Position numbers and translations under genes: made by a program. The notes beneath the pieces are model-generated. The model made no database searches, had not been told where the DNA came from, and saw only the letters and a program-made list of their open reading frames with translations. A stretch of 64,000 bases of DNA, taken from the sequence record NC_070936.1. The stretch is one strand, 5' to 3'. Positions 29,346-38,295 of the stretch are shown here, piece after piece (positions within the stretch are counted from its first letter, which is position 1; each line of letters starts with the position of its first letter).

Positions 29346-32234
29346 TTATGATGACCAGAGATCGTCACCGGTAGCTTTAAGATCACCACCAAGATCCGCA
29401 TCTAAGGTTTCTGTTTCTGCATCTGTCAACTCAGCTTGTCCTTCCTCTTTTTGTTCCTGAGGAGTTTCTAAGCCAGTTTCATTATCAGCGTTAGCTTCCA
29501 GGTCTTCATCCAGACTTACTTGAGCTGGATTTTCATCAAGAATAGGTTCTTCTTCTCCTGGCATTGTTTCATCAACACCGGCATTGAACTTATCTTGTTC
29601 TTCTTTCTCAATCTTATCTTTCAGCTTCTCAACTTTAGTCTCAGTCTTCTTACCAGACTTATGGTAATCAGCCAGGAATTTAACAACGTTAGCATCAAGA
29701 TCAGATGCCTTGTTAATGATGTTGAGAATACCACCTGCTTGACCATTGCTAAGGATATCTTCAAACGGCATTGGAAGATTAAAGCGAGTGAAAGCTTCAT
29801 TAAGCAATACAGCTTTAATGGATTCGATGATAGCTTCACCATCAAGTCCAACTTCTTCAGCACGTTTACGAAGCATCTTAGAACCACCACCCAACTCAAC
29901 CCAAGTAGCAGCCAGTTTTTCAACTGCTTCAATCTTGTCTTCAAGTTTGTTAAGGGAATCGGTGATTGCAGGAGTAGGAAGTACAACATAGAAGGTATTC
30001 ATGAAGTCTTTCAGAACAACACGAATAATATCCATTTCTTCTGGAGAGATATCATCATCCCCATCAGTGTTAACTTTCTCTTTAACTTCGTCAGTAATAT
30101 CCAGAGCGCCTTGGTCTGGTTTCATGTACAGCTGTTTGTTTTCTTTAATGATGTCAACCAACTCACCAATGAATGGTTCATTGACGCGCATATGTTTACG
30201 CATGATGTCAGTAAAGTAACGAGAGAATGTACGAGAATAATCGTTAGTTTGGTTACGGAGTAATTCCTGGTCAGCAAGAGCTTCAATAGCGAAGTCATTA
30301 CCCTCACCAGTATCTTCCAGCCAACTACGTTTCAGACCGAAGTAACCTGCAATGGTATTTAACAAGTTATCACGAGTATCGCGATCGATAGACTTGAGAG
30401 GTTCACGTTGCATTTGACCAGCTTGGAAATCAGGAGCAGCCACATATGGGTTATCACCTGGGTTAACCTTAATGGTCAGTGTCTGTTCTTTAAAACGGTC
30501 GAGAACAGCATCAATGGAAACGTTGTTATAACCAATGATATCATGAAGTGTCGGGTTATTAGCGAACCACTCATCACGAGCCATGGCAATGGTGTTACGA
30601 ACATCAATATCTTCACGTTCAGGAGTAATCTCCAATAACGTATGAGAAATGGAGTTCTCTACCTGAGCCAGAGCATCAGCAGTATCAAGTACAGCCAAAC
30701 GAGTAATGTGAAGTTTAGCTTCATCAACTAATGAACGACCAGTACCCAGACGGTTAAAGTCAATAGCGACATAGGTAACATAGTCAGAAGGAATGAATAC
30801 CGCACGAACACCTTGATCACGCATAGCACGAGACCAGAAGAGTTTCTTGTTTTCCTCAGTCAAGGAAATGGTAACATCCTTATGAAGATCACCGTTGATA
30901 AAACCTTCGATCAGTTCTTTCTCAAGAGTAGCTGATGCGAAGTTAACCATCCACTCCATATCTTCATTACACTCAGAACCCTGAGCGACGTTTCGGATAT
31001 GTTCAACGATATCGTTGATAGATCCCATCTTAGGACCATTGGTATCTTGTTCAGCACCTTTGGTCTTCTGATAGAACTTAACGTCAGAGGTAGATTTAAG
31101 TGGTTCACCAGTTTCTGGATCAAGCAGGAAGATATGACCGAATGGTTTACCAATCTCACCGTTGATGTTTACAGGAATAGCTGCTTCAGAAGGCCAGTGG
31201 TAATCAATACCAATACCACGACCATCACCAGTGTAGTATTTACCTTTACGAACAGATAAGGTTTCATTCTTATCGTAATGACGATCTGGATAAAGTTCAT
31301 CCAGCTCTTGTTCTAAGGTTTTTCTGGAAACGGCATTAACGTGGTTGTTGTTGGTCTTGTGGCGTTTTCCTTTCTCTTTAGTCCAGCGGTTATTGATAGC
31401 GTCATCAATACCTTCCAGACCACTGATCTTCTTAAGACGTTCTTCACGTAACTTAGAAGCCAGTTCACCAACTTTAAGAACAACCGGGTTATCAGTAAAA
31501 GTAAACTTAAGCGATGGATGAACGAGATTATATTCTGGTTCCCTTTCACCAACACCACCGTATAAAGCCTCAAAGCCTACAAAGCTACCAGCAGTGTTTT
31601 TCTTTTCTTTGCGGATATAACCAACGTTCTTAGCCTTGTTCCAATCACCACCAACAAACTGATCATTAAGAATGTTCATGGTGGTGGCTTTGATTGCAGA
31701 TTCTTGACCAGCAACATCTACTTCCATACCGTTAATCAAATGGTCGAGAGCAGCATGAGACAGACTTAAATGGACATAAGAACCAGTGCGGAAAAGAACA
31801 TCTTTAATAATTTGAGGCGCTAACTCTTCAAAAGGGTATTTTGTTGTAAAGTAATTTTCAACTTTAGTCAACAATAACTCATGAAGCTTACTGTTTTTGA
31901 TATCAGAACTTTCTGTATCATAGATGAGAAGGTTTCTCTGATCACCGTTAGGTTTCAGCAGAAGGGTAGTCCAGATCTGTTCAGCGCGTTTGATAAAGTG
32001 AGTAATGGTACGCAGGTCATTATTGGCCTGAATGTTATTACTGATAATATCAGAGAGGTTCTTTACCTTAGCCACAGGAGGCTTGGATTTATTCTCTCTA
32101 TCTTTATCATTACGAATAGTGCTATCTTTTACTAGCAAAGAACGCATACTTTTGTCTAAAGGAGACAGGTTATTTAATCTGCCTCTTACTTTAGCCCTGT
32201 CGATCGGTTTTACCCCTTTGGGTAATCTAGACAT
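29346..32234 (-). CDS. Portal protein (phiKZ gp129-like)
   Basis: 962 aa; FIPSDYVTYVAIDFNRLGTGRSLVDEAK motif recalled from this family; N-terminal G-x-E sites and an acidic C-terminal tail; AAGGAG RBS. Confidence 0.75.
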   Translation of the reverse strand: MSRLPKGVKPIDRAKVRGRLNNLSPLDKSMRSLLVKDSTIRNDKDRENKSKPPVAKVKNLSDIISNNIQANNDLRTITHFIKRAEQIWTTLLLKPNGDQRNLLIYDTESSDIKNSKLHELLLTKVENYFTTKYPFEELAPQIIKDVLFRTGSYVHLSLSHAALDHLINGMEVDVAGQESAIKATTMNILNDQFVGGDWNKAKNVGYIRKEKKNTAGSFVGFEALYGGVGEREPEYNLVHPSLKFTFTDNPVVLKVGELASKLREERLKKISGLEGIDDAINNRWTKEKGKRHKTNNNHVNAVSRKTLEQELDELYPDRHYDKNETLSVRKGKYYTGDGRGIGIDYHWPSEAAIPVNINGEIGKPFGHIFLLDPETGEPLKSTSDVKFYQKTKGAEQDTNGPKMGSINDIVEHIRNVAQGSECNEDMEWMVNFASATLEKELIEGFINGDLHKDVTISLTEENKKLFWSRAMRDQGVRAVFIPSDYVTYVAIDFNRLGTGRSLVDEAKLHITRLAVLDTADALAQVENSISHTLLEITPEREDIDVRNTIAMARDEWFANNPTLHDIIGYNNVSIDAVLDRFKEQTLTIKVNPGDNPYVAAPDFQAGQMQREPLKSIDRDTRDNLLNTIAGYFGLKRSWLEDTGEGNDFAIEALADQELLRNQTNDYSRTFSRYFTDIMRKHMRVNEPFIGELVDIIKENKQLYMKPDQGALDITDEVKEKVNTDGDDDISPEEMDIIRVVLKDFMNTFYVVLPTPAITDSLNKLEDKIEAVEKLAATWVELGGGSKMLRKRAEEVGLDGEAIIESIKAVLLNEAFTRFNLPMPFEDILSNGQAGGILNIINKASDLDANVVKFLADYHKSGKKTETKVEKLKDKIEKEEQDKFNAGVDETMPGEEEPILDENPAQVSLDEDLEANADNETGLETPQEQKEEGQAELTDAETETLDADLGGDLKATGDDLWSS

Positions 32235-32262
32235 TGATGGGATTCTCCTTCAAGGGATCTTT

Positions 32263-34383
32263 ATGCTTAACAATATCGAGTTTAAAGCTTACATTAAAAA
32301 CACGATTGCTTTCGCAAGAACTATCGTTATAAAATGTAATGATATTGCGCTACTTGATAACAGGTTGATGGAGCAACACTATGGGATAAACCCAGGTACC
32401 GATCCAGCTAAGTGGCGGTACTACATGAACCTGAATGGCGAATATCACGTAACAGATGAAAAAATGTACGTACAGTCTTTGGACAACGGTGATACGATAG
32501 AGTTTACTAAAGCCAATTTAGATTTGCACTTGGCAACTAAACGAGCTTATCGCCTGGGTTCTTATTACTATACCCGACTAGTCGAAAAATATCCGTCTCA
32601 GTCAAATCTTATTAACGGTGTAATAAACCCAATTCCGCAGTCTGAATCTGTACCAGCAAAGGATTACCAAATCCTAAGGTATAACACTGATTATGTTCAA
32701 TGGAACGAATATCAGTTAATGCCTGCTTTACAGAAGCACATTGATGCAATGGTATTAGGGTCATTTCAAACAGAATACCTCTTAACCGATAACTTGATGT
32801 TGCCTTCTCTTTTAATGACCTTACACGCTTCATTAGTTTCCAACATTCTGATGTTGAGAAAAGAAGCAGCCCATACTCGTTATGCACATGACTTTTATAT
32901 ATGGAGTAAATTAAACTCCGTAGGTATTTCCAGTGTGTATAAAAAGTTCCTGGATAATAAACAAACGATGTGGTTGTTCCGTAACGTAGATTACGTTCTT
33001 CGGAAACTAGGTCGTAGAGCAACCTTTGATGATGTATTGGAAATAGTCCTTACACATCGCCGTATACCTTTATCACGTTATGAAACCATCCAGACAACTA
33101 CTGGAATGGATGAGTCATTTGAACCTCAACCTATGATGCTCAGAAGACCTATTAACCTGATAAAAGACTTCGGTATGGATAATAGGCTATTTACGATACC
33201 GGATGTACTCAAGAAAGAGAACCCCCTGGCACTCGATAACGAGGACAATTACCCAGAAGGTGAATCTCAGACTGACTACTTGATTCGGTATGGTCTTTTT
33301 GGCGAAGTACCTTCTAAGGTGCTAGAATCCAACATGACAGATACCACAGGTAGAAACCCAGATCGGTTGATGCGTGTCCTTCATAATGAATGGGTTTATT
33401 TAACATTCAACAAGTTGTACAACATCAATATCGACGTTACAGATATTCGAACAGGTAAACGATTCCGTCTAGCAATGCCTGATGCCATTATACTCTGGTA
33501 CTATTTGATTGACAGAGCACGTGGCATCGACAAGCCAGGGAAGATTCCTGAATATGAATACTGGCACGTCAGAAAGATCAAAGATCCTACCTGGCAGGAA
33601 CTAAGATTACTCGGCCATAAAGATATACTTACAGAAACTGTCTGTAAAGACATTCTTAAAGTCCATATCGATTTCCCTAACTTGATCACCCCAGACGGCT
33701 TCTTCCACAAATGTAAAGAAGTTCAGGATGGAATGTGGGATCATAAGAAACTTTATTCCAGAATACTCAACCTATTCTCTGCAACCAGGCGTAAGAATGC
33801 CGTAGACGCCTGCTATGCTGATGGTTTGGCTAAGATAGGTAATTATGCCACTTATGACGAATTCCTCACTAAGCTCGATTTAGACTTCTTAGACTATAAC
33901 CAAGATGAGTGTCTGGATTTGGCATGGTCGATCTGGAGTAAGGCAACGGGTTGGGAATATAACGATATCCAGTCGATTGGTGAACAACAGCGTATGCTGA
34001 TTAACTTGATGAAAGATTTAACAAGTTATACCGTTCAATACATCGGCTCTACAGAAACACTGGATGGTCAATTCAACTTACCATACATGATGTTAATGGA
34101 TGGGGACTATTGGTTACCAGATGGGGAAACATCACTTGAGCATGATAATGACCTCGTGTTTATTCCTCTACATAACCACGGTATCCCTGAAGCATCATTA
34201 ACAGCTAAAGAACTTACTGGGGAACTCCCTGGTGATAACTGGGGTACCGTTAATGCGGTATCAATAGGCTGTGGTAAAATTGATCTTCCTATGGTTCTTT
34301 ATCGTGTCGAGACACTTCCTCAGGTATCTGTCAATCAGATTAATTCTGCAATGACATTGAGAGAAGCTAAAACTAATGGATAG
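32263..34383 (+). CDS. Virion structural protein, probable baseplate component (phiKZ gp128-like)
   Basis: True start probably ATG 32263 (MLNNIEFK..., AAGGGA RBS); W.YY.NL.GEYH.TDE.M...SLD motif; the ORF track extension to 32032 overlaps the portal antisense. Confidence 0.65.
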   Translation: MLNNIEFKAYIKNTIAFARTIVIKCNDIALLDNRLMEQHYGINPGTDPAKWRYYMNLNGEYHVTDEKMYVQSLDNGDTIEFTKANLDLHLATKRAYRLGSYYYTRLVEKYPSQSNLINGVINPIPQSESVPAKDYQILRYNTDYVQWNEYQLMPALQKHIDAMVLGSFQTEYLLTDNLMLPSLLMTLHASLVSNILMLRKEAAHTRYAHDFYIWSKLNSVGISSVYKKFLDNKQTMWLFRNVDYVLRKLGRRATFDDVLEIVLTHRRIPLSRYETIQTTTGMDESFEPQPMMLRRPINLIKDFGMDNRLFTIPDVLKKENPLALDNEDNYPEGESQTDYLIRYGLFGEVPSKVLESNMTDTTGRNPDRLMRVLHNEWVYLTFNKLYNINIDVTDIRTGKRFRLAMPDAIILWYYLIDRARGIDKPGKIPEYEYWHVRKIKDPTWQELRLLGHKDILTETVCKDILKVHIDFPNLITPDGFFHKCKEVQDGMWDHKKLYSRILNLFSATRRKNAVDACYADGLAKIGNYATYDEFLTKLDLDFLDYNQDECLDLAWSIWSKATGWEYNDIQSIGEQQRMLINLMKDLTSYTVQYIGSTETLDGQFNLPYMMLMDGDYWLPDGETSLEHDNDLVFIPLHNHGIPEASLTAKELTGELPGDNWGTVNAVSIGCGKIDLPMVLYRVETLPQVSVNQINSAMTLREAKTNG

Positions 34384-34714
34384 ACTCCTTAGACAATACC
34401 CAAATGAACAACGGTTAGATGTGCTCGTAAATAATGAAACTAAACTTTTGTTATTACTCGATGCGCGACATGTTGAATATGAAAAACAGGATCTTTCATT
34501 TATCAACAAACACTCCATCAAAACTGATATCAAAAATATCAGACCTTCCGATGTTGTGAGACTAGTACGTCCTTTGGGTGTTACTCTTTATTCAACCGAT
34601 ATTGAATCGATCACTGAAGTTCCAGGTGGGTATGAAGTTAATATCCACCCTCATTGTTTGGTTCATTACGGTACCTTTAAAATCAAATATCGTGAATACG
34701 TAAACGAAGGATAA
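34376..34714 (+). CDS. Small virion-associated protein with the paralog domain shared with 11691..12398
   Basis: 112 aa; YEKQDLSF...LGVTLYSTDI...VNIHPHCLVHYGTF. Confidence 0.55.
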   Translation: MDRLLRQYPNEQRLDVLVNNETKLLLLLDARHVEYEKQDLSFINKHSIKTDIKNIRPSDVVRLVRPLGVTLYSTDIESITEVPGGYEVNIHPHCLVHYGTFKIKYREYVNEG

Positions 34715-34720
34715 TTCAGA

Positions 34721-35653
34721 ATGGCTAATGAAAGTGGGCGCGACTCCCAGAAACTTCCTAACCAGTTGGTAACTCCGAACGCGCTGGGTGTAATTATTAA
34801 CGCCGCTGTTTCTACAGGGCAAACCGTAGATATCCCTAAATGGACTACGATGAACGAACTTTACGACATTCTGGCTGATGAGTCTGTTGGTCGTAAGAAC
34901 GGTAAAGACTTTAAACTGGCTTACTACGGTATTGGTATTGGCGGTTCCCGTTCCATTGGTGTTGACTCTAATGGTCTGGAAGGTAGAAAAGTTTATCAAC
35001 ACAAAGCAACTGACTTCGGTGCTTTCTATCCTATTCCTTTTGTTATCCGTGAAATTGATGATGATATCGATCCAGTAATGCGTGATAACTACCGTATGCG
35101 TGTTGTTCGTAAAATCGGTGATAAGATCTACGTCATGTATTACCTGAAGTTGATTGGTTGGACTGAATTTGATCCAAGCATGAAAATTGGTGAGCGTGAT
35201 CCAGCAACTGGTAATGAAACCGAACGTCCGTACATTCCTGTTAAGGAAGACTTGACTCCTAAGCCTTATGAACTGTTGTCTACCAACAACATTCCAATTA
35301 CCAACACTTATGTGAACGGTACTGGTAAAATGGATCTGTCTCTGGACGGTAACGACCTGGAAGAAGTTCGTAACGTTTGTCGTGTTCTGTTCAACGATGC
35401 TGGTAAAGCAGCAATCAACGAAATGTATCTGGCTTACGGTATTGAATCTCGTAACACTGGTTCTATTGCCGGCGGCGGTACTGTTGAATATAAAGAACTA
35501 CAATCTGCTTGCGTTTCTTTCCAGATCACTGAAGCATATGCTCGTGATGCCAACTCCAACAGCAAAATGCCTTACTTCTTCTGGTACGGTAACTCCCTGC
35601 CGCTGCTGGTTGATCCATCTGCTGTTTCTCAGGGTGGTGCTGGTATCAAATAA
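34721..35653 (+). CDS. Virion structural protein (phiKZ gp127-like position)
   Basis: 310 aa, AAGGA RBS; YYGIGIGG and QHKATDFGAFYPIPFV.R motifs typical of conserved phiKZ-like baseplate/tail proteins (recall). Confidence 0.6.
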   Translation: MANESGRDSQKLPNQLVTPNALGVIINAAVSTGQTVDIPKWTTMNELYDILADESVGRKNGKDFKLAYYGIGIGGSRSIGVDSNGLEGRKVYQHKATDFGAFYPIPFVIREIDDDIDPVMRDNYRMRVVRKIGDKIYVMYYLKLIGWTEFDPSMKIGERDPATGNETERPYIPVKEDLTPKPYELLSTNNIPITNTYVNGTGKMDLSLDGNDLEEVRNVCRVLFNDAGKAAINEMYLAYGIESRNTGSIAGGGTVEYKELQSACVSFQITEAYARDANSNSKMPYFFWYGNSLPLLVDPSAVSQGGAGIK

Positions 35654-35672
35654 GCTTTAAGGGGATAAAGCA

Positions 35673-36290
35673 ATGACCGATCAACAAGTCCAGCTTACCC
35701 CACGTCATCTTAAACTTTCTAAATGGACCACGGTTTCGGCCGTGGTCAGTTCTATTTATGAAATGTACGGTGAACTCATCGACCCTCGTGAATTTGAAGA
35801 TCGTCATGCCTTTATAGACAAAGACGGTTTACTCACACTCCACTTGGTTGAGATAGGCACCGGTAAAGTACATTGGGTATTTAAGGACAGATATACAATA
35901 GAACGCGAGCTAAACCAAAACACCACACTGGGAAATCCTAAGGACTTCCCTTATCCAGAAGTGATGAAAAACTTTGGTATCACCGTTAATACGGAAAAGG
36001 AACTGGACTTCCTTAAAGGTTTGCCTTTAGATGTTTATTATGATTCAGGTAAGTTTAATGCAGATAAGTCACGTAAGTTGGCTGATCTTTTGAATCGTTA
36101 TGGTGTAGGTGACGGCTGGTCCGCTAACCCAAGTGGTGGGAACAGTACAGCTTACTTCATGTTGCGGTATTTTGGTCCGGGCGATAAAGCTCCGGATATT
36201 TATAACTTCAACCGAGATACTAGTCTTTTAGTTGTGGTGGAGTTAGCGATGTATGGGGGTTATAAAACCCATGCACTTTTTGTAGGATAA
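35673..36290 (+). CDS. Hypothetical, probably virion-associated protein
   Basis: 205 aa, AAGGGGA RBS. Confidence 0.55.
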   Translation: MTDQQVQLTPRHLKLSKWTTVSAVVSSIYEMYGELIDPREFEDRHAFIDKDGLLTLHLVEIGTGKVHWVFKDRYTIERELNQNTTLGNPKDFPYPEVMKNFGITVNTEKELDFLKGLPLDVYYDSGKFNADKSRKLADLLNRYGVGDGWSANPSGGNSTAYFMLRYFGPGDKAPDIYNFNRDTSLLVVVELAMYGGYKTHALFVG

Positions 36291-36294
36291 GACT

Positions 36295-36888
36295 ATGACA
36301 GTACGCATACTAGGAATAGATCCAGGCATTACTAATCTTGGTGCGGCGGCATTGGAAGTAGACTGTTATGAAAGGAAACCGTTCAAACTTATTTATGCTG
36401 ACACATTACAGGGTGAGTATAATGAGTTTGGGGTAAGGCAGGATAACCCACAGCAAGTACGTGCACTTGGACTCACACGAGTCTATGGTCATGTGTTTGA
36501 GTTAATTGAACCTGCCGTAGTTTCTTGTGAGGATAACTTCTTAGGGATATCCCCTTCGAGTTTTAAACGCCTTATCGAAATAGTTTCTTTCATCCACCAG
36601 TACACTGTAACTAATCAGAAAGATGTTGCCTTTAGACAAGTTCTTCCTCGTCTAGCTAAAAAGATCGTTGATGCAGATTTCAGAGGGACAACTAAAGACG
36701 ATGTTACTAAAGGTCTATTGAAATGTCCTTTCTTAGATCTTAATGGTTTCGATCTGAATAAGTTAACTGAGCACGCTAATGACGCCATATTGTTAGGTCT
36801 TTATACTGCAGTTCAGTATTACCGAGATTTAGGCTGGGACGTGCTTGATGGAAAAGACATCGACAAAACAACCAAGTATCCAAAGTAA
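36295..36888 (+). CDS. ruvC: RuvC-like Holliday junction resolvase
   Basis: RILGIDPG..NLG.A (catalytic Asp), VSCED (Glu), H.NDAILLG (Asp pair region). Confidence 0.85.
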   Translation: MTVRILGIDPGITNLGAAALEVDCYERKPFKLIYADTLQGEYNEFGVRQDNPQQVRALGLTRVYGHVFELIEPAVVSCEDNFLGISPSSFKRLIEIVSFIHQYTVTNQKDVAFRQVLPRLAKKIVDADFRGTTKDDVTKGLLKCPFLDLNGFDLNKLTEHANDAILLGLYTAVQYYRDLGWDVLDGKDIDKTTKYPK

Positions 36889-37498
36889 TGTTAATCATTG
36901 GGATAAATTCCCAATTGGTTTAAAAGCGATATCTGGGTTCAGCTCCTGTGTTACAGTTAACGCAGAAAGTGCTATTTTCATTCTATCCATTCACCTATCT
37001 GTTACTGCAGGTGTGGCGACATGGCCTGGAATTATTACAGCACTTATAATGATGGTCGGTCCGATTATCATTGCCTGGAACTTTGTTAACGCTAGAGCGA
37101 TCATAACAACTATTCTTACTCCTTCAGAAGAAGGTGGTAAGCCTGTGGAACAACAAGTTAAGGTACCACAAATACCTTCCATTGTTACTGCCACAGATTT
37201 TGCTATTGAACGTGAGTTAGTGGGACCTACCTCAGTTATCCTGAGAGCTATAGCTGGTGCCATTTCAACACATGTTATTTGTTTCTGCAGTTTGTTGTTT
37301 ACCTGGACGATACACGAGTCCATGATTGCAGGTAAACCACTACCAAGCAATACAGAATTGTTATTGGTTGTTATTGGACCTGTGGTGACGTCTTGGAACT
37401 TTGTTCGTGCAAGTGCCACTATTAATACTGTGATGCAAGGCGCTAATAAAATTGAGAAGTACCGTACTAAGCTGGCTAGTTGGATACAACCAAAATAA
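36845..37498 (+). CDS. Multi-pass membrane protein with internal duplication; holin candidate
   Basis: 217 aa, about four hydrophobic segments, basic C terminus, two copies of AI.G...H.S..AG...GP....WNFV.A.A.I; convergent with the spanins. Confidence 0.5.
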   Translation: MMEKTSTKQPSIQSNVNHWDKFPIGLKAISGFSSCVTVNAESAIFILSIHLSVTAGVATWPGIITALIMMVGPIIIAWNFVNARAIITTILTPSEEGGKPVEQQVKVPQIPSIVTATDFAIERELVGPTSVILRAIAGAISTHVICFCSLLFTWTIHESMIAGKPLPSNTELLLVVIGPVVTSWNFVRASATINTVMQGANKIEKYRTKLASWIQPK

Positions 37499-37502
37499 AC
37501 AA

Positions 37503-37546
37503 CATACACCCCTACCCCTCCAATTAAGGATGGGGTAGGGGTTATG
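37503..37546. terminator. Bidirectional terminator (GTAGG family)
   Basis: CATACACCCCTACCCC-TCC..GGAT-GGGGTAGGGGTTATG between convergent genes. Confidence 0.75.
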
Positions 37547-37550
37547 CTTA

Positions 37551-38036
37551 CTATTTGACCAATTTAAGAGAGAGTTTAGTTTTCTCTGTAGACCCATCAT
37601 CGAAGTTGTCAATAATGGCATTGATATTTCCTATTAATCTATCAACAACTTCATTGAGTCCATTGATACGATCATTAGAAGCATCTAACTCCTTAGTGGT
37701 GCCGATCAGCAGGAGTCGAGTATGTAAGTAACACATTTCAAAATCAGGGGAACTAAGGCAATCATTGGTAGCTAGGAATTGATCCAAGTTTCCAATCATA
37801 GGTCCGATAGGTTTCCAATCTTTATTATAGATGTTACTAGGGATGTCAGTTAGTGCCGGCTTTAGAGCTACTAGCTGGCTTTTGTACAGGGTTAGTTTTT
37901 GAAGTTCCGTCTTCGCTTCCACGTACGTCTCCGCTTCCGATATTTTCGGACCGGCGCAACCGGAGATCGTAAAGATCAGAAAGAGTCCCGCTATCCCTTT
38001 TAGGATCATACCCATATTTCTCATAAAGGTTTTCAT
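37551..38036 (-). CDS. Outer-membrane spanin (o-spanin, Rz1-like lipoprotein)
   Basis: Probable start ATG 38036; signal peptide with lipobox FTISG|C; starts inside the i-spanin gene in another frame. Confidence 0.75.
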   Translation of the reverse strand: MKTFMRNMGMILKGIAGLFLIFTISGCAGPKISEAETYVEAKTELQKLTLYKSQLVALKPALTDIPSNIYNKDWKPIGPMIGNLDQFLATNDCLSSPDFEMCYLHTRLLLIGTTKELDASNDRINGLNEVVDRLIGNINAIIDNFDDGSTEKTKLSLKLVK

Positions 38037-38295
38037 AATCGCCTTCGCGTTTAAGATTATTAGCATAAGTAGACTTCTGTAAGTTTTCTGTCCACTCTCG
38101 TTGGGCATTGGCTGTCTTAGTCATATTCTCAGCAGTAACAGAGATACGGTCAACAGCAATAGTTAGTTTATCGATAGTATCTTTACTTACCGTACTATCT
38201 TGCTTAAAGATCAACCACCCACCAATGAATAAAACTAATATCCAAAGTGCAATGGTGTTCAAAGCAGCTAACTTATTTTTCAAAGCGTCATTCAT
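37846..38295 (-). CDS. Inner-membrane spanin (i-spanin, Rz-like)
   Basis: 149 aa; single N-terminal TM (IALWILVLFIGGWLIF), then coiled coil; overlaps the lipoprotein gene by about 190 nt. Confidence 0.75.
   Translation of the reverse strand: MNDALKNKLAALNTIALWILVLFIGGWLIFKQDSTVSKDTIDKLTIAVDRISVTAENMTKTANAQREWTENLQKSTYANNLKREGDYENLYEKYGYDPKRDSGTLSDLYDLRLRRSENIGSGDVRGSEDGTSKTNPVQKPASSSKAGTN

Noticed and set aside
32032-32262. ORF-track N-terminal extension making two large genes overlap head-to-head
   Set aside because: ATG 32263 has its own RBS, and the extension is the antisense of the portal 5' end. Similar over-extended starts were trimmed at 4482, 10838, 28144, 38108, 59058, 59415, 60130 and 62130.
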